Positions 9,041 to 18,237 of a DNA stretch of 64,000 nucleotides are shown piece after piece. The translations under genes and the position numbers were made by a program. This stretch comes from an uncultured Nitrososphaerota archaeon. Lineage in GTDB: Archaea; Korarchaeota; Korarchaeia; Korarchaeales; Korarchaeaceae. Location of the stretch: NCBI GenBank assembly GCA_964594835.1, contig CAZQNA010000002.1, positions 128,001-192,000 of the forward strand, given 5' to 3'. Every line of letters starts with the position of its first letter. Position 1 is the stretch's first letter. Under the pieces are notes generated by a model. The model saw only the letters and a program-made list of their open reading frames with translations. It searched no databases and had not been told where the DNA came from.

Positions 9041-9981
9041 TCTCGATCGGACGCTCGTTCTACTCTAAATTTATTATAACCCTTGCCCTTCTGTTTCTGC
9101 TTCTGACCTCAGCCAATCCGAGCGTTAATCTACTCGCTGGCATCGCTGAGTGTAAGGGTCCCCCCTCCCTTGGCCAATCTACGAACTCTCTGCGAGATTT
9201 TAGTAGTTCCACGAGTTTCATGGCCCTCACATGCGCGTCAGCCCGTTGTGATCGGTACGGTGTTCGGGATCGGCCCCATGTTGGAAGGTGAGACGACGGG
9301 CGGAGTTGGTTATATAATCGGCGTTTCTCTCAGCTTAGGTCGTGGAACTCCTCTTTTTCGAAATACCAAAGATTCATCTTTGTAATAGTAGCTGGTGTGA
9401 ATTGGGAAAAAATAAATCCAATCAAATGGTCCCCATCCCACTCCTCTTGAAGAAACTTCGGAAGGTCCCCATTCCCCTCCCAAGAATCTAGGGATCCGCT
9501 TGCCGAAGGAACAGAATTGCTGGGTAGGGGTAGAGGAGAAGCTCAACGAACTAGAGCAACGGGAGGAAGAGAGCTATGCTAAGGAAGATCAGGGTGAGCC
9601 CACCGACGAGGACTTCAAGACCCACGTCGCCAGGGGTTGACGAAGCTTGCCTGGAGAGAGGTCCGAAGGGGCGTGGACGAGCACCCCGCATTCATTGAGA
9701 GTTCCAGGGAGGATATAGAGGCCGTTGAAGGGGCCTAGTCACAAGGACCCTGATGACCATAAAGAGTACTGACTTCCCGATCGAGAGCGACGACGCCCTC
9801 GCGGAGAGGCCCAAGGGGATCGAGGCTTACGGAGTCGACCTGGCCATGTGGGCCAGGGAGTTCAAGTACCCACCCCATCAGAACCCCCCGCCGAGCTGCG
9901 GGAGCTTGCTGAGAGGCTAAAGGGCAGTAGGGGAGGCTGATCGCCCCTCCACCATCCTCAATCTTTAGGGGGCATCTCTCA

Positions 9982-10839
9982 TTATGGCGTGGGTCCCTTT
10001 GTACCCTCCCCGCCTCCCCTGGGCTGCGCGGGCGCGGGTATGAACTCGACGGTCCTGCTCCTCTGGGCGAGGGGCTGCGGGTAGAGGTCCATGAGCAGAT
10101 ACACCTCCTCCGGCACCTCGTCCCTCACGGGCAGGCCCAGCTCCCTGGCGTGCTCGAAGGTTATCGGATAGTCGTGCGTCCAAGTGCCCTGAGTGAGCAG
10201 CTCAGCCAGCTCCCTCGCTCTCTCCTCGCCCATCCTCTCCTTCAGGAGCCAGGTGACGAAGTCCCTCACCTGCCTGATCGCCTTCTCGCTCACGTCGGCC
10301 ATGATCAGCGTCTGGTCGTCCACCTTCTCGGCCCCCTTTCTCTGGACCGCGGCCAGGATCGAGGGGGCTGGAAACTGCCCTATCTGGGGATCGACCGGGC
10401 CGAGGACCGCGTTCCTGTCCATGAGGATCTCGTCGGCGGCGAGCGCTATGAGGGTGCCGCCGCTCATGGCGTAGTGCGGTATGATGACGGTGGTCTTCGC
10501 TGGGTGCTCCCTCAGGGCCCTGGCGATCTGAGTGGCGGCCAGCACGAGACCTCCCGGGGTGTGCACTATCAGATCGATCGGCCTGTCCTTCGGGGCCGCC
10601 CTGATCGCCCGGAGGACGCTCTCCGAGTCGTCTATGTCGATGTACCGGTAGATGGGTATGCCGAAAAGGCCGATGCTCTCCTGCCTGTGTATGAGAGTTA
10701 TGACCGTAGAGCCCCTCCTCTTGGCTATGGCCCTTAGGACCTTGGCCCTGGCGTTGATCAGGGCCTGCTGCTTCAGCTGAGGGGCCATTATCAGCGCGAA
10801 GAGGAACAGGAACCAGAGGAGCGAGAACGGGTCGACCAT
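9982..10839 (-). CDS. SDH-family ClpP-fold serine protease (DUF114-like)
   Basis: IDIDDSE...HTPGGLVLAA...PHYAMSGGTLIALAADEI...LGPVDPQ...WTHDYPI; N-terminal TM from ATG 10839. Confidence 0.9.
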   Translation of the reverse strand: MVDPFSLLWFLFLFALIMAPQLKQQALINARAKVLRAIAKRRGSTVITLIHRQESIGLFGIPIYRYIDIDDSESVLRAIRAAPKDRPIDLIVHTPGGLVLAATQIARALREHPAKTTVIIPHYAMSGGTLIALAADEILMDRNAVLGPVDPQIGQFPAPSILAAVQRKGAEKVDDQTLIMADVSEKAIRQVRDFVTWLLKERMGEERARELAELLTQGTWTHDYPITFEHARELGLPVRDEVPEEVYLLMDLYPQPLAQRSRTVEFIPAPAQPRGGGEGTKGPTP

Positions 10840-10918
10840 GTTCCCCCGCCTCACAGTAGCTTTGAAAGGTAATTGAAGTTCTGGCCCCGGCGACCTGCCG
10901 GCGACGCCAGGCCAAAAC

Positions 10919-11353
10919 TTGTTAAGCGACGCCTGGCCCTGCAATCCAGTAAGGGGAGAGGCGCGGCGCTGGCTGTCCGAGGCGGTCTGGGACCTCGAGA
11001 CGGCGAGGATACTCCACGAGAGCGGTAGGTACAACGCGGCCTCCTTCTACTGCCACCAGGCTGCCGAGAAGGCCGCGAAGGCCATGCTGTACAGCGTGAA
11101 CGAGGCACCGTGGGGATACAGCGTCAGGGTCCTGCTGGAGAGGTACTCCAGGGCCTCGGGCCAGCCCCTCTCGAGCGACCTCCTGGCGGCCGCCAGGGAG
11201 CTCGACAGACACTACATCCCATCCAGGTACCCCAACGCCCACCCTCAGGGGACCCCTCACGAGTCCTACGACGCGGAGACCTCTGAGAGGGCCCTAGAGG
11301 CCACCAGCAAGATCCTGGAGGTGGCTAGGCGTGCCGTTGAGGGAGGCGGTTGA
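10919..11353 (+). CDS. HEPN domain protein (start uncertain)
   Basis: RRWLSEAVWDLETA...ASFYCHQAAEKAAKA...LDRHYIPSRYP. Confidence 0.88.
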   Translation: MLSDAWPCNPVRGEARRWLSEAVWDLETARILHESGRYNAASFYCHQAAEKAAKAMLYSVNEAPWGYSVRVLLERYSRASGQPLSSDLLAAARELDRHYIPSRYPNAHPQGTPHESYDAETSERALEATSKILEVARRAVEGGG

Positions 11354-11723
11354 GAGGCTCAGGTCGAGGTACAGGTTGCACGCGGTCGTCCTCTTCGGCT
11401 CCAGGGCCAGAGGAGACCACGGACCTTGGAGCGACTACGACCTCCTGATCGTCGCCGACTTCGACTCCCCCTACCTGGATAGGCTGGGCGAGGTGATGGA
11501 GCTGCTCGAGGGGCTCGGCCCCGTCGAGCCGCACCCCTACACCCTCGAGGAGGCGCTCTCCATGCTGAGGAGGGGGTGCCCGACCCTGGTGGACGCGCTC
11601 GAGGAGGGCGTGACGCTCTTCGAGGGCCCCGGACTCTCCGTCCTGAGGGACACGTACGAGTCCATGAGGAGGAGGGGGATGAGGAGGACGAACACCTCGA
11701 TCGTCCTCCCCAGAGGGGGTTGA
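11331..11723 (+). CDS. minimal nucleotidyltransferase (MNT)
   Basis: VVLFGSRARGDHGPWSDYDLLIV (GSx10DxD); overlaps the HEPN gene. Confidence 0.9.
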   Translation: MPLREAVERLRSRYRLHAVVLFGSRARGDHGPWSDYDLLIVADFDSPYLDRLGEVMELLEGLGPVEPHPYTLEEALSMLRRGCPTLVDALEEGVTLFEGPGLSVLRDTYESMRRRGMRRTNTSIVLPRGG

Positions 11724-12044
11724 ATCTAGATAATCTAGATCAGCGGGAGCCTAGAGAGGTCGCGCTTGCGCTATTCTGGTGGTGAACCCGCCAACGCGAC
11801 ACACGGCGGCTATCTGAACCGGGGAGAGGCACTAGGGTCACCCCGCTCCAGCTGGGGTGCTAACGCTCCCCCTCGCGGGAGAGCAGACGCGCTCCTTGAG
11901 TCCCTGCTCTGTCCTGCTCCACGGCTCGGAGGTGGCCAGTTAACCGACCCCTCCCCGCGCGAGCTCTCCCGCGACGCGGGCCCGGCTAGGCCCTAACTTT
12001 AATACGCCGATCCCGCAATTTCCCGGGAAGGCGGTGGGAGCGGA

Positions 12045-12653
12045 GTGTCCGTCGGTGATGTCTCCCTTAAGGAGAAGATGCTGAGGCTGCTGGAGCGAGA
12101 CGCTGAGTTCAGGTACGCTGTAGCTGGCCTCCTTGGGTACAGGGACATACTCGACAGGATGAGGGAGCACGACCGAAAGTTCAACGAGATACTCGAAGAG
12201 CTGAGGAGGCTGAGGATAGATTTCCAGAAGCTCAACATGAGGGTGGAGGTCACCATAGGGAGCATGGGCAAGAGGTGGGGGAGGGACCTGGAGAGGACCG
12301 TCCTGGAGATATTCAGGGAGGCCCTGGAGCGGAGGGGGATAGAGCCCGGCAGGGTGGAGAGGTTCTCTAGAGTGGACAGAGACGGCAGCGTGACTGGCGT
12401 CCCGGGCAGGAGGGTCGAGGCGGACATACTGGTGAGGGACGGCAGGCTCTACATCCTGGAGGTCAAGTCCCACGCCACCCTCGACGACGTGGAGTGGTTC
12501 CACCAGACCTCGCTGTGGGTCATGAAGTACCTGGGGAGGGAGGCGGACAGGCTCATCCTGGTGGCGGTCAACGTGGACGACGACGCGCTGGAGAGGGCGG
12601 GGGAGCTGGGCATAGAGGTCATATTCGGGAATCTCATCAGGCTGGTGGACTGA
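12045..12653 (+). CDS. archaeal coiled-coil + PD-(D/E)XK nuclease-fold protein (DUF1626/DUF3782-like)
   Basis: LLERDAEFRYAVAGLLG, coiled coil, GSMGKRWG, EADILVRDG...LEVKS. Confidence 0.82.
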   Translation: MSVGDVSLKEKMLRLLERDAEFRYAVAGLLGYRDILDRMREHDRKFNEILEELRRLRIDFQKLNMRVEVTIGSMGKRWGRDLERTVLEIFREALERRGIEPGRVERFSRVDRDGSVTGVPGRRVEADILVRDGRLYILEVKSHATLDDVEWFHQTSLWVMKYLGREADRLILVAVNVDDDALERAGELGIEVIFGNLIRLVD

Positions 12654-12694
12654 GCAGACTTATCCTCTCTCGCTCAGACTTCGTCTAGGTCGAC

Positions 12695-13222
12695 GTGGAT
12701 CGATCTGATGATCCGGAAGGTTTCCACACGCCCAGACGGAAGCCTAATTATTTCCTCAGGGTTTCCACCCCCTGGCTGGTCGAGTTGGGGAGAAAGAGGG
12801 TGAGGCTCAGCGACGAGGGCCGCGCCCTGATCATGGGTTGGCACCTCCTCAGGGGGATATTGGTGAGGTCGGGCTCGAGCAAGGTATACCACTTCTCGAA
12901 GGCCGCGTATCACGCCCAGAAGCTGGTGAGGAAGAGGCTTGAGGCCGGTGAGGCTGAGAGGCTCGGCCTCACCAAGTCGGAGTACGTCATGCTGCTGACG
13001 ATGGCTCAGGGGGACGAGTTTACCGCGAGGGAGCTGGCCGAGGCCACTGGTTTGAGCGAGAGCACCGTCCGAAAGAACCTCAGGACCTTCGTCAAGGCGG
13101 GTGTGGCCCTCGAGGATGCCTCTCAGGTGCCCCACATTTATAGGCTGAGGGAGGACGTGAGAGAGGAGCTAAGGGAGGCCCTCGAGCGCGAGGGCGATGA
13201 AGAGGAGGGGGATGAGGGTTGA
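12695..13222 (+). CDS. winged-helix (TrmB-like) DNA-binding protein
   Basis: LGLTKSEY...FTARELAEATGLSESTVRKNLRTFVKAG HTH; start uncertain. Confidence 0.7.
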   Translation: MDRSDDPEGFHTPRRKPNYFLRVSTPWLVELGRKRVRLSDEGRALIMGWHLLRGILVRSGSSKVYHFSKAAYHAQKLVRKRLEAGEAERLGLTKSEYVMLLTMAQGDEFTARELAEATGLSESTVRKNLRTFVKAGVALEDASQVPHIYRLREDVREELREALEREGDEEEGDEG

Positions 13223-13536
13223 GCGACGAGGAGAGAGAGGAGGGAGGAGGCGGCGAGGGCGAGGGGGGAGAGGAGTCTGGGGGGCTCGACCTACTCTCGA
13301 TGGGGTCAATGGGGAGCGCGCTTCAGCTGATGCTCATAACGCAGGCCCTGGGGAGGCTCATGAAGAAGATCGAGAGGGGAGAGTTTGACCGCGGCTTCCT
13401 GAGCGACGCGGTCTACGTCATAGGGGCCCTGATGCTCATGGTGGGGATGAGCCACCCGAAGGCGTTCTCCGAGCTCAAGGACTTCCTGGAGAGGCTGGTG
13501 TCGTCGGAGTCCGATTCGGGCTCTGAGGAGGGCTAG
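13219..13536 (+). CDS. hypothetical small helical protein
   Basis: 4-bp overlap with upstream gene; acidic Gly-rich N-terminus. Confidence 0.6.
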   Translation: MSDEEREEGGGGEGEGGEESGGLDLLSMGSMGSALQLMLITQALGRLMKKIERGEFDRGFLSDAVYVIGALMLMVGMSHPKAFSELKDFLERLVSSESDSGSEEG

Positions 13537-13557
13537 CTCACGGGGAGGGGGGGGTAT

Positions 13558-14142
13558 TTGGAGGTGCAGACGCCCGAACTCTCCTCGGCCCTTTGGTACG
13601 GCCTCCTGATCGCCCTTGCACTCTTCCTGGTGTACAGGGTCGCCGTGGCTCTCGCCTTCGGGTTCCTGGCCAAGAGGATGGGGAGGAGGTTCAACGTCTC
13701 GTCCAGGGAGGCCGTTAACGTGGCTCTCGCAAGCTTCCTGGACACGGCGCTGGGCCTGCTGGTGCTGGCCATGAGCGTCTTCACCCGCGAGATGGACGTT
13801 GAGTCGGCGAAGAGGCTCGTGGAGAGGGTGAAGTCGGACTCACTCTACGTCGTCAGCATCCTATCCGGGGTTGACGACTACCAGGCCAGGAACCTAGCGA
13901 GGGACGCTCAGCTTCTCGTGGAGAAGCTCGACCAGGCCCAGAAGAGCCCGACTTTCGGTAGACTCGACGTGATAGAGGAGCTGGAGACGATTGAGCAGGA
14001 TCTGATGTTCATCAGGGACAAGGCCGACGACATCTCGCTGTCAGAGGATCCGAAGCTCAGGAGCAAGCTCCTGTCGGAGTGCGTCCGGAGGATGGACTCC
14101 GCTAAGGACAGGCTTGAGAGGCTCCTGGGGAAGCTTCAGTGA
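13558..14142 (+). CDS. hypothetical membrane protein with helical-bundle C-terminus
   Basis: Two hydrophobic segments followed by charged heptad-like helices. Confidence 0.7.
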   Translation: MEVQTPELSSALWYGLLIALALFLVYRVAVALAFGFLAKRMGRRFNVSSREAVNVALASFLDTALGLLVLAMSVFTREMDVESAKRLVERVKSDSLYVVSILSGVDDYQARNLARDAQLLVEKLDQAQKSPTFGRLDVIEELETIEQDLMFIRDKADDISLSEDPKLRSKLLSECVRRMDSAKDRLERLLGKLQ

Positions 14143-14244
14143 GGACCAGTCGCTGGATCCTCTACTCGTCTCCTAACTCCCGCTGACCGCGGCGCGGATG
14201 AAAAAGGTGAAGGAGTCGGAATTGTTTGGGGACACCGGGGGGGT

Positions 14245-14598
14245 CTACTCCCCCGACTCCTTCACCTTCTTTATCTCCTCGGCTATCTCCTTGAGCGCCT
14301 CCTTGGGATCCTTTCCCTCCTTCTCAGCCCTCTCCCGGGTGGCCACAAACACCCCGGCTAGGGCTGCCGCGGCAAGCTCGACTATGTCGGATGGGGACCT
14401 CTCGGGCAGAAGCTCCTTGGCGATCATCTTCGCCTTCTCGGCAGGGGTCAGGTCGTCCCTCTTGAGGATCTCGGCTATGTCCTCCCTCTCAGAGAGGGCC
14501 TCCAGCAGGGCGAACACGGCCGCCGCGGCGGCCACGCCCTTGAGGGCCTTCTTGGCATCTTCGGGAACTCCAATCTTCTTACCCTTCTCCTCGGGCAT
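14245..14598 (-). CDS. hypothetical Ala/Lys/Glu-rich helical protein
   Basis: MPEEKGKKIG...; protein-like composition, AT-rich promoter-like upstream sequence. Confidence 0.65.
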   Translation of the reverse strand: MPEEKGKKIGVPEDAKKALKGVAAAAAVFALLEALSEREDIAEILKRDDLTPAEKAKMIAKELLPERSPSDIVELAAAALAGVFVATRERAEKEGKDPKEALKEIAEEIKKVKESGE

Positions 14599-14694
14599 GT
14601 TCGATCTGATCCTGATCCTCCGAGTTGGCAATATTAACTTTCGGTGCCGGGAAGCCAGCAGGACACCCTCCGGTGGGCAGCCCGCCCCCGTCGA

Positions 14695-15267
14695 TCACAG
14701 GGGCTTGCAGAGGATCACCTTGACCCTCAGGTCGAAGAAGTTGCTAGAGTGCGCCGGCCTCACCACGGCGGCGGTGTCGGCCCCCTTCCCGGTCCCGGCC
14801 ACGCAGATGACGTCCCTGTCCACCGGTATGAGGCCCGCGTCCGCGGCCATGACCGCTATCTCGACGCACACCTTGATCCCCTCGCCGAAGAGCCTCAGCG
14901 CGTTCGCCATAAGCTCAACCGGTCCATAGGTCCCCAGCTGCTTCCTCATCGCCCTCTCCACCCCTGACAGGGCGTGCGTGGCCACGAGGACCTTGGCGCC
15001 GAGTTCCTCCATTCGCCTCCTGCTATCGGGATCGAGCTCAAGTGTGCCGGGGGATTTGAAGCCGGCCATGTGCGTGACTATGACCAGGTTCCTCCCGGGG
15101 AGGAGGGTCTCGGCGGCCCTGACGCCCGTGTAGCCCCTAGTAGACGCCACCACCACGTCCCTCACTCCAAGGCGGTCGGAGGCCTCCTTGACAATCTGCA
15201 GAACCTCGTCAGTGTGCTCGGGACCCTCTGTCTCGAAGTAGGTCGACTCCCACCTGAGCGCCGACAT
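14695..15267 (-). CDS. pyruvate kinase C-terminal-like domain protein (MTH1675-like)
   Basis: YFETEGPEHTD...VVVASTRGYTG...HALSGVER...FGEGIKVCVEIAVMAADAG...GTGKGADTA. Confidence 0.9.
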   Translation of the reverse strand: MSALRWESTYFETEGPEHTDEVLQIVKEASDRLGVRDVVVASTRGYTGVRAAETLLPGRNLVIVTHMAGFKSPGTLELDPDSRRRMEELGAKVLVATHALSGVERAMRKQLGTYGPVELMANALRLFGEGIKVCVEIAVMAADAGLIPVDRDVICVAGTGKGADTAAVVRPAHSSNFFDLRVKVILCKPL

Positions 15268-15439
15268 TGTGGAGACCTGGAAAACTATGGATATAATGGG
15301 TTTGAGATGGGTCCAAACGACCCCTCGCGGCCCCAGCCTCGCGGGAGGTCTGCCCGACCCCAAGCGACGGGATTTGGTGAGGAGCTGCTCCCGGGGAGGG
15401 GCTTGGGGTATCGGTCAGGGCCTCGCGGCCAGGCCGCGC

Positions 15440-16495
15440 TCAGAGGGCCTCCCGGGCGGCCCTCGACGCCGTGTCGATGACCTGCCTGACGAGGTCATAC
15501 CTGGAGGAGTACCCGCCGCCGGAGAGCCTCATCTCCACGAGCCTCCTGGGGTCGGGTATCAGCCTGTGGTTGAGCACGGCAAACGAGACGGCGTCGACGT
15601 CCTCGGGCTCGGCCACCTCCGACCCCCTCAGCGCCGCGTGGGCCTTTGCGGCCCGGAGGAGGGATATTCCCGCCCTCGGGCTCGCGCCCAGCGTCACCAT
15701 CCCCCTCACAGGCTCGAAGAGCTCGGGCCTCGTGTACCTGATCAGCCTGGTCACGTACTCCAGCGTCTCCTCAGACGCCTCCACCCCCCTGGCCACCTCC
15801 TCCTGGGCCCTGACCACCCAGCCCGGCTCGACCACGGGCTCCAGGTCGAGGATTGGCTCCGTCAGCCTATCTGAGTGGAGCCTCAGCACGGCCTTCTCCT
15901 CCTCCAGGTTCCTGGGGTAGCCGACGATCACCCTCATGAGGAACCTGTCCAGCTGGGCCTCCGGCAGCGGGTAGGTCCCCTCCTGCTCGACCGGGTTCTG
16001 GGTGGCCAGGACGAAGAAGAACTTCCCCCTGGGCCGGTCCTCGAGCGGGTACGTCCTGTCCCCTATGGTGACCTCCCTCTCCTGCATGGCCTGGAGAAGG
16101 GCCGACTGGGTCCTGGGGATGGCCCTGTTGATCTCGTCAGCCAGAAGGACGTATGAGAAGACGGGCCCGAACCGTGGCTCGAACCTCAGCTCCCTAGGGT
16201 TGAACACGAGGCTCCCGGTCACGTCGGAGGGCATGAGGTCGGGCGTGCACTGGATCCTGCTGAGGCCCCTGAAGGGGACGCCGCCCAGGTCCACGCGGAG
16301 GCCGTCCAGACCCAGCAGCCTCGCCAGTCCCCTGACGGCCGTGGTCTTGGCGACACCCGGGACCCCCTCGAGCAGGACGTGACCGTTCGCCAGCAGGGAC
16401 ACGAGGGTCAGCCTGACCTGCTCCTCCATGCCGATGAGGACCTCTCCCAGCCGATCAAGGATCAGCTGAGACTTCTCGGCCACGTCAGCCCCCAA
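15440..16495 (-). CDS. moxR: MoxR-family AAA+ ATPase
   Basis: GHVLLEGVPGVAKT, RIQCTPDLMPSD, LLADEINRA, ATQNPVEQEGTYPLPEAQLDRF. Confidence 0.95.
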   Translation of the reverse strand: MGADVAEKSQLILDRLGEVLIGMEEQVRLTLVSLLANGHVLLEGVPGVAKTTAVRGLARLLGLDGLRVDLGGVPFRGLSRIQCTPDLMPSDVTGSLVFNPRELRFEPRFGPVFSYVLLADEINRAIPRTQSALLQAMQEREVTIGDRTYPLEDRPRGKFFFVLATQNPVEQEGTYPLPEAQLDRFLMRVIVGYPRNLEEEKAVLRLHSDRLTEPILDLEPVVEPGWVVRAQEEVARGVEASEETLEYVTRLIRYTRPELFEPVRGMVTLGASPRAGISLLRAAKAHAALRGSEVAEPEDVDAVSFAVLNHRLIPDPRRLVEMRLSGGGYSSRYDLVRQVIDTASRAAREAL

Positions 16496-17183
16496 TCCAG
16501 TCTCCCCCCTCTACCAGAACCACGTCCCCGACCCTGCGGACCCTGGGCCAGGGGACGTCCACCGACGCCCCCTCGCCCTCCTCCACGTGCTCCCGCAGGA
16601 TCCCCTCCTCGGCCTCCCCGGCGCCCTCCTCGCGCAGGATCCGCAGGAGGTCCTCCAGCCTCTCGGCCGGAATCCTCGGATTTCTGTAGGGGTCGATCCG
16701 GGCCTCGAGCCTCTCCGCGAGCCCGGGGTCCCTGGACCTCAGGTCCCTCAGGTACCTCAGCCAGGCCACCTCCCCCGAGGAGGCTCTGACCCTCAGGCCC
16801 GGCACCCCCGGGCCCACGACCACCTCGGACACCGTCCCCAGCACCCTCCCGTCCAGCGTGATGGCCAGCCTGCCGACGGCCCTGCCGAGGTCCGCCGGGG
16901 AGGGCTCCCCAACCCTGACCCCCCTGTAAGATGCTTCCCTGGGCGTGGAGAGCAGGACCACCGGTCCGCCCGGGCCCTCGGCTATAGCCGAGATCTCCTC
17001 AACGGGTATCAGTCCCTTCTCGTGCTCCATCTCCCTCCCGCTCTCGGGGTCCCTCACCGCCTCCGTCACCCTGAGGAACAGGCCGTCCTCGGACGCCTCG
17101 AGCCCCGAGGCCCGCCCGTAGATGAGCCCCTCGCTGTCGACGACCGGAGCCCCCGCCAGCTCCCTGTCCGAGTAGAACCTCAC
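16485..17183 (-). CDS. tandem PRC-barrel-like protein
   Basis: ELAGAPVVDSEGLIYG; VGRLAITLDGRVLGTVSEVVV; VPWPRVRRVGDVVLV. Confidence 0.65.
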   Translation of the reverse strand: MRFYSDRELAGAPVVDSEGLIYGRASGLEASEDGLFLRVTEAVRDPESGREMEHEKGLIPVEEISAIAEGPGGPVVLLSTPREASYRGVRVGEPSPADLGRAVGRLAITLDGRVLGTVSEVVVGPGVPGLRVRASSGEVAWLRYLRDLRSRDPGLAERLEARIDPYRNPRIPAERLEDLLRILREEGAGEAEEGILREHVEEGEGASVDVPWPRVRRVGDVVLVEGGDWIGG

Positions 17184-17266
17184 GGTGGGGACCCGGCGCC
17201 GGCGACGAAAAAAGGGTGACCCCCCTGGCGCGGGCCGCTTAATTTCTGCTCGGCGCCGGACGGGCG

Positions 17267-18196
17267 GTGCCGGCGCGGGGGGTCAGGAGGGTCTGCGAGG
17301 AGGCCGCGGCCCTGGTGGAGATGGCCAGGACGCACGCCGACTCCCACGCGGTGGGGGTCACGCCGCTCCGGGCCAAGGGCATCGGCCTCGAGTGGGAGGA
17401 CTACAGGGACTACCAGCCGGGGGACGACTTCCGACTGATAGACTGGAGGCTCTCGGGCAGGGCGATAGGTCCGGAGGGTGGGATGAGGATCCTGGTCCGG
17501 GAGAGGAGGGCCGAGCGGCGGCTGGAGGTGGTCCTGGCCCTGGACGCCTCCCTCTCCATGGAGTTCGGGGAGAAGCTTCACGCCGCCCTCTATGCACTCT
17601 CGTTCATGGCCTCTCTGGCGAGGTGGCTCAGCGACGTCACGACCCTCCTGGTACTGGGGCCGGAACGCCCATCCGTGATCAGGCTCCCGCCGTCAGAGCT
17701 GGCCCTGGCGGCAGTTCACGAGATCTGCGAGACCTCAGGGGTGGAGGGGAGGGTTGACCTCCGGGACGTCGCCCGCGCGGCGACCTCGATCACCTCCAGG
17801 AGGGCCTCGCTGGTCCTGATCACCGACCTGGCCCACGACCCGGGGGAGTTCGAGGACCTCGCCTCCTCCCTCTCCTCGGCGGGCTGGGGCCTCGGCCTGG
17901 CCCTGTCCTCCCACCCGTCGGAGGTCTCCCTGCCGCCCGGGGGGGCGGCCGAGCTGGTCGACCCAGAGGCTGGGCCCGTCAGGGTGGGCGGCGTGAGGGA
18001 GTGGAGGGCGCTGTCCGACCGGCTGGCGGAGCACAGGGCCCTCGCGTTTGCGGCCCTCAGGAGGTGGGCGGTGCCCCACGTGGAGTTCGTCGGGCTGGAG
18101 GGGTGCAGGGCCGCCGCCCCCTCTCTGGCCTGGCTCTACCGCTCCGCCAGGGAGGGGGCCGGCAGGGTCCGGGCGGCCCTCGCCGGGCCGGGCTGA
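17267..18196 (+). CDS. DUF58 domain protein (MoxR-associated)
   Basis: GIGLEWEDYRDYQPGDDFRLIDWRLSGR...LALDASLSMEFG. Confidence 0.92.
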   Translation: MPARGVRRVCEEAAALVEMARTHADSHAVGVTPLRAKGIGLEWEDYRDYQPGDDFRLIDWRLSGRAIGPEGGMRILVRERRAERRLEVVLALDASLSMEFGEKLHAALYALSFMASLARWLSDVTTLLVLGPERPSVIRLPPSELALAAVHEICETSGVEGRVDLRDVARAATSITSRRASLVLITDLAHDPGEFEDLASSLSSAGWGLGLALSSHPSEVSLPPGGAAELVDPEAGPVRVGGVREWRALSDRLAEHRALAFAALRRWAVPHVEFVGLEGCRAAAPSLAWLYRSAREGAGRVRAALAGPG

Positions 18197-18237
18197 ACCT
18201 CGTTAATCTAATTACTGCCCGGCTCCAAGAGGGTCAG

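Noticed and set aside
11724-11990. Tandem ATCTAGAT palindromes and GC hairpins as an ncRNA or MITE
   Set aside because: Short elements with no second copy, terminal repeats or recognisable RNA motif
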